Assembly: GCA_964428385.1 (NCBI GenBank)
Contig: CAYRYR010000001.1
Coordinates: 20 to 64,019, forward strand
DNA: 64,000 nt
Source of the DNA: an uncultured Methanoregulaceae archaeon
GTDB lineage: Archaea; Halobacteriota; Methanomicrobia; Methanomicrobiales; Methanospirillaceae
Reading direction: 5' to 3'
Under the pieces are notes generated by a model. It saw nothing but the letters and a program-made list of their open reading frames with translations, had not been told where the DNA came from and searched no databases. The translations under genes were made by a program, and so were the position numbers. Shown here piece by piece: positions 39,272-49,354 of this stretch (positions within the stretch are counted from its first letter, which is position 1; each line of letters opens with the position of its first letter).

Positions 39272-39997
39272 TTATGGTATGATCCGTTCTGGATGGGAAT
39301 ATATGGTAAACCTTCCCTGACGTGCAAACCCGATTAATGTCAGGTTTGTTTCTTTTGCAACAATAACCCCCCGGTCAGTTGTTGCAGCCCGGGAAATCAC
39401 GATTGGTATCCCGGCATTCGCGACTTTTGCTACCATTCCTTCCGGTTGCCTGCCGGTGCACCCAAGATAGCAGGCAGAACGATCAATGCTATTGAGTTCA
39501 GCATACCCGACTGCTTTATCTACGGTGTTATGTCTACCAATATCAGGACAACAGATCAGTTTCTTTCCATCAGAGAAGAGTACTGAGTTATGAAGTCCTC
39601 CTGTTTTCTGCCATTGTTCTGACTGTATTGTTTCAAAAACTGAAAATACTGCATCAGATGTAATTTGCAACGAAGAAGATATTTTCCTGGGTTTTTTAAG
39701 ATTTGTCAGACCACTTGCCGATTCAGTGCCCCACATTGCTTTTGCTGTCTTATCTGCCTCTACAAATATCTTGTTTTCTTCAACAGATACGTTTTCAATG
39801 GACTCTGCCAGTTGTTCATTCAGTACAAATCCAGCTCCCAGTTCAGCAAGCAAATCTGGTGAGGCAACATGGTATGAGATACATTCACCATTCAGATAAA
39901 TGGGAAAGCACCCTTCGCACACGATCTCATCGATACCCGGTGAATGTCCTTCATGAGTGAATCGTATCGCAGAGGTAGTTGTAAGGAGCATACTCAT
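39272..39997 (-). CDS. fdhD: Formate dehydrogenase accessory sulfurtransferase FdhD
   Basis: GGLHNSVLF, GRHNTVDKAVG, CTGRQPEGMVAKVANAGIPIVISRAATT, TLIGFARQGRFTIY. Confidence 0.88.
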   Translation of the reverse strand: MSMLLTTTSAIRFTHEGHSPGIDEIVCEGCFPIYLNGECISYHVASPDLLAELGAGFVLNEQLAESIENVSVEENKIFVEADKTAKAMWGTESASGLTNLKKPRKISSSLQITSDAVFSVFETIQSEQWQKTGGLHNSVLFSDGKKLICCPDIGRHNTVDKAVGYAELNSIDRSACYLGCTGRQPEGMVAKVANAGIPIVISRAATTDRGVIVAKETNLTLIGFARQGRFTIYSHPERIIP

Positions 39998-40114
39998 TCC
40001 ATTATCCTAAAACGCAATAAATCAAATGGAAAAAAAAGTCCTTTTAGCATTGAAAGAGGATGGGCACAGGCACACGTTCTGATGGCTGGGATAACCGGTA
40101 GCTAATATGAGTCT

Positions 40115-40447
40115 TTAATCTGTATCAGTCTCACTACAAATGTCGCAGGGGTCTGTTATATTGCGGACATGAGAACAGATTCTACAAAATTTCTTTGAAA
40201 AATCTTTCTCTTCTCCCTGTATCAGATCTTCTGCCAGGTTTCGTATCTCTGTCCTGACTTCCTCGGAAAAAACAATTCGATACCCCCGTTTCCCTGAAAG
40301 ATACTGTGATACAGCTGAGGGCTGGATCTGTAATATTGTTGCGACGTCTTTTTGCAACACCCCTGCTGATACCATTTCATTTGCAATTGCAGCTCTGATT
40401 GCTGGGACGATGTCCCATACCGCGACTTCACAGGGGAGTTTTTCCAT
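40115..40447 (-). CDS. XRE-type HTH regulator with a C-terminal CxxC-x10-CxxC zinc-ribbon (COG2522-like)
   Basis: LQKDVATILQIQPSAVSQYLSGKRG HTH; FCRICSHVRNITDPCDICSE tail. Start at MEKLPCE (ATG 40447); the longer track ORF is AT-rich nonsense. Confidence 0.65.
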   Translation of the reverse strand: MEKLPCEVAVWDIVPAIRAAIANEMVSAGVLQKDVATILQIQPSAVSQYLSGKRGYRIVFSEEVRTEIRNLAEDLIQGEEKDFSKKFCRICSHVRNITDPCDICSETDTD

Positions 40448-40584
40448 AGAAGATATTGACACGGTTATGTGATATAGATATTTCAGGATATGAAAAATGG
40501 CCATGTGAAAATCTTTACAAAGATACAAATACTTACAATAGAAAGAACTCACAATATTAATTTGATTGATTAGATGGAGATGAA

Positions 40585-42246
40585 ATGAACTCAAAAATTC
40601 TTTTATGTGGAATCATTCTTCTGATGCTCTTCCTCATCAATCCTGCTCTTGGTGAAGATGGGAAATTTGTGGTCTCATCAGATCCCTATGAAGCAGATGT
40701 ATCTTTTGATGGTACGAATGTTGGAACTACAGCGGTTACCATTCCTGTTGGTCCTGATAATCCTCCTCCGCATACAATAACTGTAAGTAAGGAAGGATAC
40801 CAGACATGGGAACAGACCTATCAGGAAAATCCGGAACCTGGATATCCAATACTTGTCTCACCGGTCCTTGTGATGGAAGAAAACCCGGTACATCCCCTTG
40901 TCACTGTCCTACCCCCACTGACGCCTCCTGTGACAATACCAACACAGATACCAATAACCCCTCCTGCCACTCCTATTGGAGGTGATTATGGCTGGTTTGC
41001 GATATCTTCGAATCCATCTGGTGGAGATGTCATCTTTAATGGGAGGTATGTGGGAGACAGTCCGGTTACCGTGAAAGTTATGACTACCGGTACACCAACA
41101 AATACCATTGAAGTAAATAAACAAGGATATAAGAACTGGTATCAGGAGTATCATACAAACCCAGGGAGCGGCCAGACAATCCAGGTATATGCTGAACTGG
41201 TGGCTGTCCAGACATCAGGTTCCATATCAGTACTATCTGATCCGTCAGGTGCATCCGCGACCATTGACAGGGGTTATCAGCTTATCACTCCGTGCACCTT
41301 TACTAGTGTCAATCCTGGGTATCATACCATAGCTCTTAGTATGGCTAGATATCAGCAGTACAATACACGTATACTGGTTCAGTCCGGACAGGAGAGCTCG
41401 GTTACGGCAACACTCACTCCCACGCAACAGGTTGGGACACTACAAGCATCATCATCACCTTCAGGGGCTGATCTCTATGTTGATACCGGTTTTCGTGGAA
41501 ATACACCGTTACGGGTATCTGGCCTCTCTGCAGGTACTCATACCGTAAGTATGGAGCGATCTGGATTTCAGGACTGGAGTCAGACAGTATCTATTATAGC
41601 AGGACAGACTACTACAATTAACCCGGTTCTTAGTCCGTATCCTCCTGAACCAAAGACTGGTGATATTGCAGTTTCTTCTATACCTGCAGGGGCATATGTA
41701 TATCTTGATAATAATTATCAGGGTGTCACCAGTTCCGGTCAGTCATTGGATATAACGAGTGTATCTCCCGGGACTCATACCGTTCTTTTAGAACATCCCC
41801 ATTATCAGGACTACACGACAACCGTTCAAATCTCTGCCGGTGCTACAACTGAGGTATCAGCAACCCTTGTCTCTCCCCCTGAGCAGGATACAAAATCCGG
41901 GATTCTTATCGTATCATCAGATCCATCAGGAGCTGATATTTATCTGAATAATCAGTATATGGGAATTACTCCTGCATCCCTTCAGAACATACAAGCGGGA
42001 AGTTACACACTCCTTTTACGACAAACTGGATATAATGACTATGCAGATACCATTGAGATTAGGGCAGGAAGCTCAACACAGGTATCTACAACACTAACTC
42101 CACTTGTAACCCCGACATCCGCCCCACTTCCGACACAGACACCTATACCCGTGTCAGGAGCTGATTTCCCTGTTCTGCTGGTGTTAGGTATTGTTATCCT
42201 ATGTCTTATCGCAGTAGTTGTTTTCCTTCTTCTGAAAAATCGATAA
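40585..42246 (+). CDS. Cell-surface protein with six PEGA domains, a signal peptide and a C-terminal TM anchor
   Basis: Repeated units of the type SSxPSGAxVxxDGxxxGxTPxxxxxVxxGxHTVxxxxxGYQDW. Pro/Thr linkers. C-terminal FPVLLVLGIVILCLIAVVVFLLLKNR. Confidence 0.8.
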   Translation: MNSKILLCGIILLMLFLINPALGEDGKFVVSSDPYEADVSFDGTNVGTTAVTIPVGPDNPPPHTITVSKEGYQTWEQTYQENPEPGYPILVSPVLVMEENPVHPLVTVLPPLTPPVTIPTQIPITPPATPIGGDYGWFAISSNPSGGDVIFNGRYVGDSPVTVKVMTTGTPTNTIEVNKQGYKNWYQEYHTNPGSGQTIQVYAELVAVQTSGSISVLSDPSGASATIDRGYQLITPCTFTSVNPGYHTIALSMARYQQYNTRILVQSGQESSVTATLTPTQQVGTLQASSSPSGADLYVDTGFRGNTPLRVSGLSAGTHTVSMERSGFQDWSQTVSIIAGQTTTINPVLSPYPPEPKTGDIAVSSIPAGAYVYLDNNYQGVTSSGQSLDITSVSPGTHTVLLEHPHYQDYTTTVQISAGATTEVSATLVSPPEQDTKSGILIVSSDPSGADIYLNNQYMGITPASLQNIQAGSYTLLLRQTGYNDYADTIEIRAGSSTQVSTTLTPLVTPTSAPLPTQTPIPVSGADFPVLLVLGIVILCLIAVVVFLLLKNR

Positions 42247-42249
42247 AAA

Positions 42250-42298
42250 TTCTTTTTTTTATACAGAATGAGCTTTGGGGGTCTCTTCATCTCCCAAA
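42250..42298 (+). terminator. Oligo-T run plus short hairpin after the PEGA gene
   Basis: TTCTTTTTTTTAT directly after the TAA, then TTTGGGGG-N9-CTCCCAAA. Confidence 0.35.
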
Positions 42299-42572
42299 AA
42301 TTCCATACTTGTACGTTGATGTACCAGTGACCGTATCAGAATCTCCTATATATATAAAAGGAATACAATCCCTATAAATATAGAGTTATTATCGTGCAGA
42401 CACCAAATCATCCATGAATACAGAATTACATCCTTTGTTCTCAGGAAATCTCTCGTTTTATTATGCATTATACAAAGTAAACACCTGTTTTCATGGACAC
42501 AATGAGATAATAGATGATAAGTACCATCTATAATGCTGGTATCTATGATATAACGAGAAGGAAGACAGAATC

Positions 42573-43052
42573 ATGAACCATGTACCAAAACGAACAGTCA
42601 TTATCATCATCTTTTGTATCCTTCTTATGATTGAGGTATCCCCTGTATTCGGACTGCCAATTCAGGAAAAAACAAAAACAAGCGAAAAAATTGCATCTTT
42701 TATTCAGAATCTGGTAGTGTCGGGAAAACCTGAAGAAGCATTCAGAGAAGCAGCTCTATTGGCACCTCAAAAACCATCTGTCACAACTCTGGAGATCTCC
42801 AGAATAGATGAAGATACATCTTCAGAGGAAAACTCCTCATATATAAACCGGTCATGCCTCCTCTCTGAAATGTATCTGACCAAAGATGAAAATAATACAT
42901 ATCTCATGGAATATTCCGGGAAATATAATTTTACTGAATTATATCAGAAAAATAAAGAATTTTATAATGAGATAATCAGCAGATATCCGGCTGATAGTAT
43001 AGAGGCAGAACGATTTGCGAATTGCTGTGCCTATCCAAAAGGTTCATTCTAA
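42573..43052 (+). CDS. Hypothetical exported protein
   Basis: N-terminal TM/signal segment (TVIIIIFCILLMIEVSPVFG). No family recognised. Confidence 0.5.
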   Translation: MNHVPKRTVIIIIFCILLMIEVSPVFGLPIQEKTKTSEKIASFIQNLVVSGKPEEAFREAALLAPQKPSVTTLEISRIDEDTSSEENSSYINRSCLLSEMYLTKDENNTYLMEYSGKYNFTELYQKNKEFYNEIISRYPADSIEAERFANCCAYPKGSF

Positions 43053-43067
43053 AAAATTTGTATACCA

Positions 43068-43475
43068 ATGACGTTAACATGCCAGATACGACTTGAAAAT
43101 AACATTATCTTAACCATTCAGCTTCATCATGAGAATGATCTGATACGAAATCTTCAAAAATCACTGTATCAATCCAGGATGTATTTACATCCGGATGTTA
43201 TCGCTGCAGAAATTGCACGGGAATGCAGGGTTACAACCATCGGGAAGCGGGAAGGTAAACGTGATATTTTCGTGGATATAGATGCTCTTGATACAGTCCT
43301 CTCTATTAGCAAAAGACTCCCGGACGGACTGGAAGTGTGTGTATATGCTGATACGTTCAAAGAATTTTTAAAGCACCTTCCCGAACAGATAAAAGCAGAA
43401 TGGAATGCAAATTTACGGGATGAACGGATAAAAAATGCCTCATGTGCCGGTGGTCAGAATGATACAACAAACTGA
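43068..43475 (+). CDS. Hypothetical protein, tandem paralogue A
   Basis: Aligns with the next ORF (LTCQIRLENNIILTIQL...LHPDVIAAEIA vs LTGQIHLENGVYLTVQV...SDPDMVAGLIA). Confidence 0.55.
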   Translation: MTLTCQIRLENNIILTIQLHHENDLIRNLQKSLYQSRMYLHPDVIAAEIARECRVTTIGKREGKRDIFVDIDALDTVLSISKRLPDGLEVCVYADTFKEFLKHLPEQIKAEWNANLRDERIKNASCAGGQNDTTN

Positions 43476-43866
43476 TTCCACCTATTTAACCGGTCAGATT
43501 CATCTTGAAAATGGTGTATATCTGACGGTTCAGGTGAATATATGGGATAATTTCATCTATCAACTTCAGAACGCAATCTATCCCTGCAGGATTTATTCAG
43601 ATCCTGACATGGTTGCAGGTCTAATTGCAGGAGAATTTATTGTTCTGTCAATTGGGAGCTATGAGAATCTCTGGGATGTCTTTGTTTCTCTCAATGCTCA
43701 CGACCAGACGGTAACGATATTAATAAAGCAGGAAGATGAGATTACAAGCCTTTTTTCAGGTTCATTTACCACGTTCCTTTCAATATCTCAGGATGAGATT
43801 ACCATGATCTGGGATACCTATCTGCTCTCCCATACTAATGATATTTCTGAAGAACAGATTCAGTAA
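43459..43866 (+). CDS. Hypothetical protein, tandem paralogue B
   Basis: See paralogue A. Likely start MIQQTD at 43459, overlapping the end of paralogue A by 17 nt. Confidence 0.55.
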   Translation: MIQQTDSTYLTGQIHLENGVYLTVQVNIWDNFIYQLQNAIYPCRIYSDPDMVAGLIAGEFIVLSIGSYENLWDVFVSLNAHDQTVTILIKQEDEITSLFSGSFTTFLSISQDEITMIWDTYLLSHTNDISEEQIQ

Positions 43867-43981
43867 TCTCTTTTAGTTGTAATCTTTGTTCAATCCGGAT
43901 ACCTGATTAATGTCGGCAATTGCTTATGGCAAGATCGACAGATGTGGATCGTTATGTAAATGTCAAGCACTAAGTATATGT

Positions 43982-45187
43982 ATGAATTCGTATCTAACCC
44001 GTCTGAAAGAAGGTTCTCTTAAATTATATGCCCTTGATAATGAGGTATCACCCCCGGATGCTGTGGCTATCAGGAGAGCTTATATCGAACAGGAAACCGG
44101 AGTAAAGATGCCACTAGTGGGGAATGTTTCTATTCCGCTTGAGGATGTGGTTAAGAAAAACTGTGAAAATATGATAGGTACTATCCAGGTCCCCCTCGGA
44201 GTTGCCGGTCCCGTTCTTATCCATGGAGAATATGCAGAGGGCTCGTTCTATGTACCGCTTGCAACAACGGAAGGTGCTCTTGTTGCATCGGTAAACCGGG
44301 GCTGCAGTGCAATATCGAGAGGTGGAGGGGCACAGGTAAGAATCTTTTCAGACCAGATGACACGTGCTCCCGTATTTGCAGCCAGGGATGTGATTCATGC
44401 ACGTGAAATTATTGACTGGGTATACAATAACCGATCTGAAATAACGAAAGCTGCACAGAGCACCACCAGACATGGAAAACTGACTGATATCCAGACCCTG
44501 ACTGCCGGAACCAGTGTATTTATACGGTTCTGTTTCTCAACCGGTGATGCCATGGGAATGAACATGGTTACAATTGCGAGTGAAAAGGCATCAGAGGTAA
44601 TACAAGAGGCAACCGGAGCAAAACTGGTTTCTCTATCGGGTAATGTCTGTACTGATAAAAAACCTGCTGCTATAAACAACATTCTTGGTCGTGGAAGGAC
44701 TGTGTCTGCTGGAGTGGGCCTTACCGGAGAACAGATACAGAGTATCTTTAAGACTGATGCAAAAGCATTGGTTGAGGTATCAGTCAGGAAAAACCTGGTA
44801 GGATCAGCCCGGGCCGGCTCACTTGGATTCAACGCCCATGCAGCAAATGTTATTGCAGCAATGTTTATTGCATGTGGACAGGATCCTGCTCATGTTGTTG
44901 AAGGGTCCCAGTGCATCACCACGATTGATCCCGTAGATGATGGAGTCTATGCCTGTGTCACGCTGCCGGCACTCCCGGTAGGAACCGTTGGTGGTGGTAC
45001 CCGTGTCGGTACACAGGCAGAGTGCCTCTCAATGCTTGGTGTGGCAGGCAGTGGAGAACCACCTGGGTTTCACGCAAAAAAACTGGCAGAAATAGTAGCA
45101 GTTGGTGTCCTTGCAGGAGAACTCTCTCTTATAGGTGCCCAGGCAGCACAACACCTGGCACGTGCTCATAAACAGCTTGGACGCTGA
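43982..45187 (+). CDS. hmgA: 3-hydroxy-3-methylglutaryl-CoA reductase (class I, archaeal)
   Basis: TTEGALVASVNRG, GDAMGMNMV, CTDKKPAA, VGTVGGGT. Likely start MNSYLTRLKEG at 43982. Confidence 0.92.
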   Translation: MNSYLTRLKEGSLKLYALDNEVSPPDAVAIRRAYIEQETGVKMPLVGNVSIPLEDVVKKNCENMIGTIQVPLGVAGPVLIHGEYAEGSFYVPLATTEGALVASVNRGCSAISRGGGAQVRIFSDQMTRAPVFAARDVIHAREIIDWVYNNRSEITKAAQSTTRHGKLTDIQTLTAGTSVFIRFCFSTGDAMGMNMVTIASEKASEVIQEATGAKLVSLSGNVCTDKKPAAINNILGRGRTVSAGVGLTGEQIQSIFKTDAKALVEVSVRKNLVGSARAGSLGFNAHAANVIAAMFIACGQDPAHVVEGSQCITTIDPVDDGVYACVTLPALPVGTVGGGTRVGTQAECLSMLGVAGSGEPPGFHAKKLAEIVAVGVLAGELSLIGAQAAQHLARAHKQLGR

Positions 45188-45246
45188 TCATTCTTAATTT
45201 ACGACATATCACTTATTTTTTTAAAAAAATTGCTCATATAGTTTCG

Positions 45247-46365
45247 ATGGGTTTTTGCTTGTCAATGGACATACATATCCCAATGGTTTCATCAGAATCA
45301 GGTAACTGCCAGCGAGATGAGGACAATAGTAAGATGACTGATAGATGGCTGGAGGAATTTCTCATGAGTGAGGAGTATCATACGCTTTTATCAGTACAAC
45401 AGAAATTTGCAAGGGATATTGTTTTGTTCTTTAAAAACCTGATGCAAAGCGGTTTTTCAGCATCACCACAACAATGGAATCAGGAGAATATCTCTGAATG
45501 TGCACTTTTTCTCATTCCGGAAACGGTTGCCCTGCGTTCATTACCACCAGCAGCGATTGCACCGGTTCTCACGACATTTTTTTGTTTTCTAGAGAGGAAA
45601 AATTATCTGGCAACAGCATCATTACTCATACCGGTTATCAATTCTTTAGATGCAGAAATTATCAGACGTTCACGGTTTCCGTTATATTGGATACTCAAAA
45701 GAAAGTTTAAGAATGATTTGACTGCTCAGGCCGAGCCTGATCTGCCTCTTTCTACGTTATCAGACCAGGTAGCATATGAGCGATACCTGTATCAGTGCCT
45801 GCATCTGGTGGTAGAGACATGGGGGTCAACTTTTATACAAAGTGGACAATATAAGGCTCTTGATTCTGCATCACAGGATCAATATGAGTATATTATCAGT
45901 TCAATAACTGATGCATGCCTCATCTATTATCAGAAAGGACCTAAGGACTGGGATGTTGAGACTATCAGAAATTGTCTGCTTGATCTCTACCCTTCTGATG
46001 CAATAGAATCGCCTGACTTTTTCACTGCACTGGTTCCGGTATTATATGCGTTTTTCAGATTTCTAGAGCAGGAAAAACTTCATACCGATGCGGGTGAGAT
46101 GGCAGATCTTGTTGAATCCATAGCAGATGAGGTGGTGAAGCGTTCAGGCGATCCACAATTCTGGAGTCAGGAGAAACTGGCATCAGTCACTTCGATAATG
46201 GAATGGAGTGATCCAAAGATGGAGGGAAAAGTACAGGCATATCTTGAAGCACAGAAAGAAAAGCAAAAGATATCTTCTTCTCCTGATGCTTTGGATGGTG
46301 AGAAGAAAAAAGGCGCGAGGAAACATCTTCCACCACGGGGAAAGAAAAAAAGAGCAAAGAAATGA
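45247..46365 (+). CDS. Hypothetical protein with two internal repeats and a Lys/Arg-rich tail
   Basis: Two similar ~90-aa modules, each ending in ...FFxFLExxxL (TTFFCFLERKNYL; YAFFRFLEQEKLH). C-terminus KKKGARKHLPPRGKKKRAKK. Start uncertain. Confidence 0.5.
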   Translation: MGFCLSMDIHIPMVSSESGNCQRDEDNSKMTDRWLEEFLMSEEYHTLLSVQQKFARDIVLFFKNLMQSGFSASPQQWNQENISECALFLIPETVALRSLPPAAIAPVLTTFFCFLERKNYLATASLLIPVINSLDAEIIRRSRFPLYWILKRKFKNDLTAQAEPDLPLSTLSDQVAYERYLYQCLHLVVETWGSTFIQSGQYKALDSASQDQYEYIISSITDACLIYYQKGPKDWDVETIRNCLLDLYPSDAIESPDFFTALVPVLYAFFRFLEQEKLHTDAGEMADLVESIADEVVKRSGDPQFWSQEKLASVTSIMEWSDPKMEGKVQAYLEAQKEKQKISSSPDALDGEKKKGARKHLPPRGKKKRAKK

Positions 46366-46397
46366 TAGTTGCGGGTTATTCCGGTCTGAACCAGTAA

Positions 46398-47984
46398 CTA
46401 CCCATTATACCTGACTGTATACTGACCATTATCATATATCTGAAAAGTTTCACCACAACGTGCAATGCTGGTATCTGATTTGAATATATAATAACGGGTA
46501 TCAAATCCACAGGTGCTGGCCTTTGTTACGACAAAAGGATATTTTACAAATCCCTCCCATGAATGACTATTGAAAGGATCAATTTTTTTCAGACTAATAT
46601 GACGGTTTATCTCTTCTTTATCACCATCAATTGCACAGAAAATCTCTTCAGGTATCGTTGTTTTCTTTCCGGAATAGGCACCGATGTAAATCATTCCTTC
46701 ACCTGTTACTCCTTCTGACTGAGGAGTATTAATCTTTAAGAACTGTGCAATTGAGACTGTTTGATCGTCTGCATAATTGTGATATCCTGATGAGTCTGAT
46801 GAAATGTCCCGTATAACCAATGTTCCGACGGATGAAAATATGAGAAGTACAATCAAAAAAGAATAGGCAGATATCTGGATGAATTTAGATCTCCTCCCTT
46901 TGATAAGAATAATAATTCCATACACTGCAAGCAGGCAGATAAACGGCAGTAGTATCTGGTATATCTGAATTGAATAGCCAAGAAAGGGAAGAAAACAGAG
47001 TGTTGTGCATAGAACTAACCATTCATTCGGTTTTATTACTTCCTCTTTTATAAAAAATAGCAGGCCTAATGCTGCAAAGGGAACAAGGAGAACAAATCTG
47101 GATCCAAGCTCAATGAGATTTCCAATCACATAATTGATCCACATAGGAATCCCGGTAAAAGAAAAATAACGGAGCCCCCAATAACTACTTGAATTCTGAT
47201 ATAATTCTGCCAGTTCTGCAAACTGGAGTATATACAAAATACATGCGAATACAATCGCCAGTAGTATCAGAACCTTTATCAAATTTTTATGTGTGCGTTG
47301 TCTCTCCTCGTGAAATAGGGTTTTCCCCCGATATAACACAAGACAAAGGATTGTTATTGGAATCAGAAGGATGAATAGCCGATGAACAGACCAGAGAACT
47401 GAATATAACAACAAGCTTAAGAGCATGTAGGGAAGAGACCAGTTTTTACAAAACCTGATAAGCGACCATAATGCCAAAGGAAGAAGCATTAAAAATGCTC
47501 CCCGGGTTGATGCAGTCCAGATGGTAAATTTCAGAGTAAGGGGGGAGAGTGAAAATATCAGGGCAAACAGGAGTTGAACCCCTCGTGTCTGAAAAAATTC
47601 TTCCGCCAACAGGTATGATGTTCCAATACCAAGAAGTCCTATAACAAGAGCAAACCAGTAAATTACTGTCTCTAATTCGAGTCCGGTGATGAGATGTAAT
47701 TCTGATAAAAAGATAGGAATGCCGGAAGGATATGAGTACGGGTACAATCCAAAGAGAGAAAGAAAGGATAATAGCCAGGGGATTTTTCCTTCAGATTCAA
47801 TTACCCCTGCCAGGTAATGGATAAAAAATGAATCTATTCCGATCTCATGAGGAACAACCGGGTATCTGATGATGATGTTTAGGAGAACGACTGCTATGGC
47901 TGCCAGAAAAAATAGGGTATCTGAAGCAGAAAAATGACGAATTTTTTCCTGAAAAACATAAAAAACGGTATTTTTCATCATCAC
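46398..47984 (-). CDS. Large polytopic membrane protein (candidate GT-C-type glycosyltransferase or glycan polymerase) with a C-terminal soluble domain
   Basis: ~12 predicted hydrophobic helices followed by a ~130-aa hydrophilic tail. Sits at the edge of the glycan cluster. The function call is from context only. Confidence 0.4.
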   Translation of the reverse strand: MMMKNTVFYVFQEKIRHFSASDTLFFLAAIAVVLLNIIIRYPVVPHEIGIDSFFIHYLAGVIESEGKIPWLLSFLSLFGLYPYSYPSGIPIFLSELHLITGLELETVIYWFALVIGLLGIGTSYLLAEEFFQTRGVQLLFALIFSLSPLTLKFTIWTASTRGAFLMLLPLALWSLIRFCKNWSLPYMLLSLLLYSVLWSVHRLFILLIPITILCLVLYRGKTLFHEERQRTHKNLIKVLILLAIVFACILYILQFAELAELYQNSSSYWGLRYFSFTGIPMWINYVIGNLIELGSRFVLLVPFAALGLLFFIKEEVIKPNEWLVLCTTLCFLPFLGYSIQIYQILLPFICLLAVYGIIILIKGRRSKFIQISAYSFLIVLLIFSSVGTLVIRDISSDSSGYHNYADDQTVSIAQFLKINTPQSEGVTGEGMIYIGAYSGKKTTIPEEIFCAIDGDKEEINRHISLKKIDPFNSHSWEGFVKYPFVVTKASTCGFDTRYYIFKSDTSIARCGETFQIYDNGQYTVRYNG

Positions 47985-47994
47985 TCAACAAAAA

Positions 47995-49335
47995 TCATCT
48001 TCCAGGAGAGATGGTATTTCCTTTTCCAAGACCCAGATATATGGTCTCGCTCCCTGGATTTATAAAAATATTTTTACAATCAACTATAACAGGATTTTTC
48101 ATGGTTTTTATGAGAAGATCAAGGTTCAGGCTGGAAAACCGGCTATGATCGATGAGAAAAACTGCACAATCAGCCCCTGCTATTGCATCTTCAAGTGTTG
48201 CTTTTGAATAATAACTCCCAAGACGTGTTGTTAATTGTGCGATATAGGGATCAAATACCCGAATATGGGCTCCAAGTCGGCTCAGTTCATCAATGACTTC
48301 ACATGCGGGTGTTTCCCTGGTATCACTGAGATCTCGTTTATATGTCAGGCCCAGAACTGCAATATCAGACCCAAATACGGATTTTTTTACCCTGTTGAGT
48401 CCTTTTTCTATCAGGTTTACCACATGAAAGGGCATAAACTCATTAATTTCACCGGATTTTTCAATGAATTGAGGAATAAAGCCAAATTTTTTGGCTTTAT
48501 AAGACATGTAATATGGATCAAGCGGAATACAATGCCCGCCTATACCAGGCCCCGGATAAAAAGGCATAAACCCGTATGGTTTGGTCGCAGCTGCATCAAT
48601 TATCTCCCAGATGTTTACCCCCATCTGTTCAAAAATCAGTGATAACTCATTTACAAGTGCGATGTTGACATTCCGAAAGATATTCTCAACCATCTTTACT
48701 GATTCTGCAGTTGTGGTATCAGAGACAGTGATGATCTCCTCAATAATGCTGCCATACAAAGCTGCAGCAGTGTGAGTACAGGACTCATCAATACCCCCGA
48801 CAACTTTTGGAATGTCAGCGACAGAAAAAGCAAGATTTCCAGGATCAATCCGCTCAGGTGAGTATGCCAGTCCAAAATCCTGCCCTGCGATATATCCGGT
48901 TGTCTCAAGAATAGGTTTGACAACTTCAAGAGTAGTCCCGGGATATGTCGTACTCTCAAGGATAATGAACATACCTGGCGAAAGAACAGAAGCAATTGCA
49001 GAGCACGCCAGTTTGATATAGGTTAGATCTGGAATTTTTTCCTGATCGAGCGGAGTCGGGACACATATAATAATAAAATCAGCTTTTTTCAGATCTGTTA
49101 TCTTGTCTGAAGGACAGAATGATGATGTAAGTGCTTCCTGTAATTCGTCGTTGCTGATATCGCAGATATGTGAGTTTCCTTTTAAAAGACCGGTAATAAG
49201 GTCGGGATCGATGTCATACCCGATAACGGAATACTTTTTTGCAAATGCCAATGATAGCGGAAGACCGACATATCCAAGTCCGATAATACCGATACATGCT
49301 TTATGTGTAGCTATTTTCTCAATGAGATCAATCAT
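47995..49335 (-). CDS. Nucleotide-sugar 6-dehydrogenase (UDP-GlcNAc/UDP-ManNAc dehydrogenase family, WecC/WbpA-like)
   Basis: IGIIGLGYVGLPLS Rossmann start; catalytic region GGHCIPLDP; 446 aa. Confidence 0.85.
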   Translation of the reverse strand: MIDLIEKIATHKACIGIIGLGYVGLPLSLAFAKKYSVIGYDIDPDLITGLLKGNSHICDISNDELQEALTSSFCPSDKITDLKKADFIIICVPTPLDQEKIPDLTYIKLACSAIASVLSPGMFIILESTTYPGTTLEVVKPILETTGYIAGQDFGLAYSPERIDPGNLAFSVADIPKVVGGIDESCTHTAAALYGSIIEEIITVSDTTTAESVKMVENIFRNVNIALVNELSLIFEQMGVNIWEIIDAAATKPYGFMPFYPGPGIGGHCIPLDPYYMSYKAKKFGFIPQFIEKSGEINEFMPFHVVNLIEKGLNRVKKSVFGSDIAVLGLTYKRDLSDTRETPACEVIDELSRLGAHIRVFDPYIAQLTTRLGSYYSKATLEDAIAGADCAVFLIDHSRFSSLNLDLLIKTMKNPVIVDCKNIFINPGSETIYLGLGKGNTISPGR

Positions 49336-49354
49336 GTTATATCAAAACCGGATT

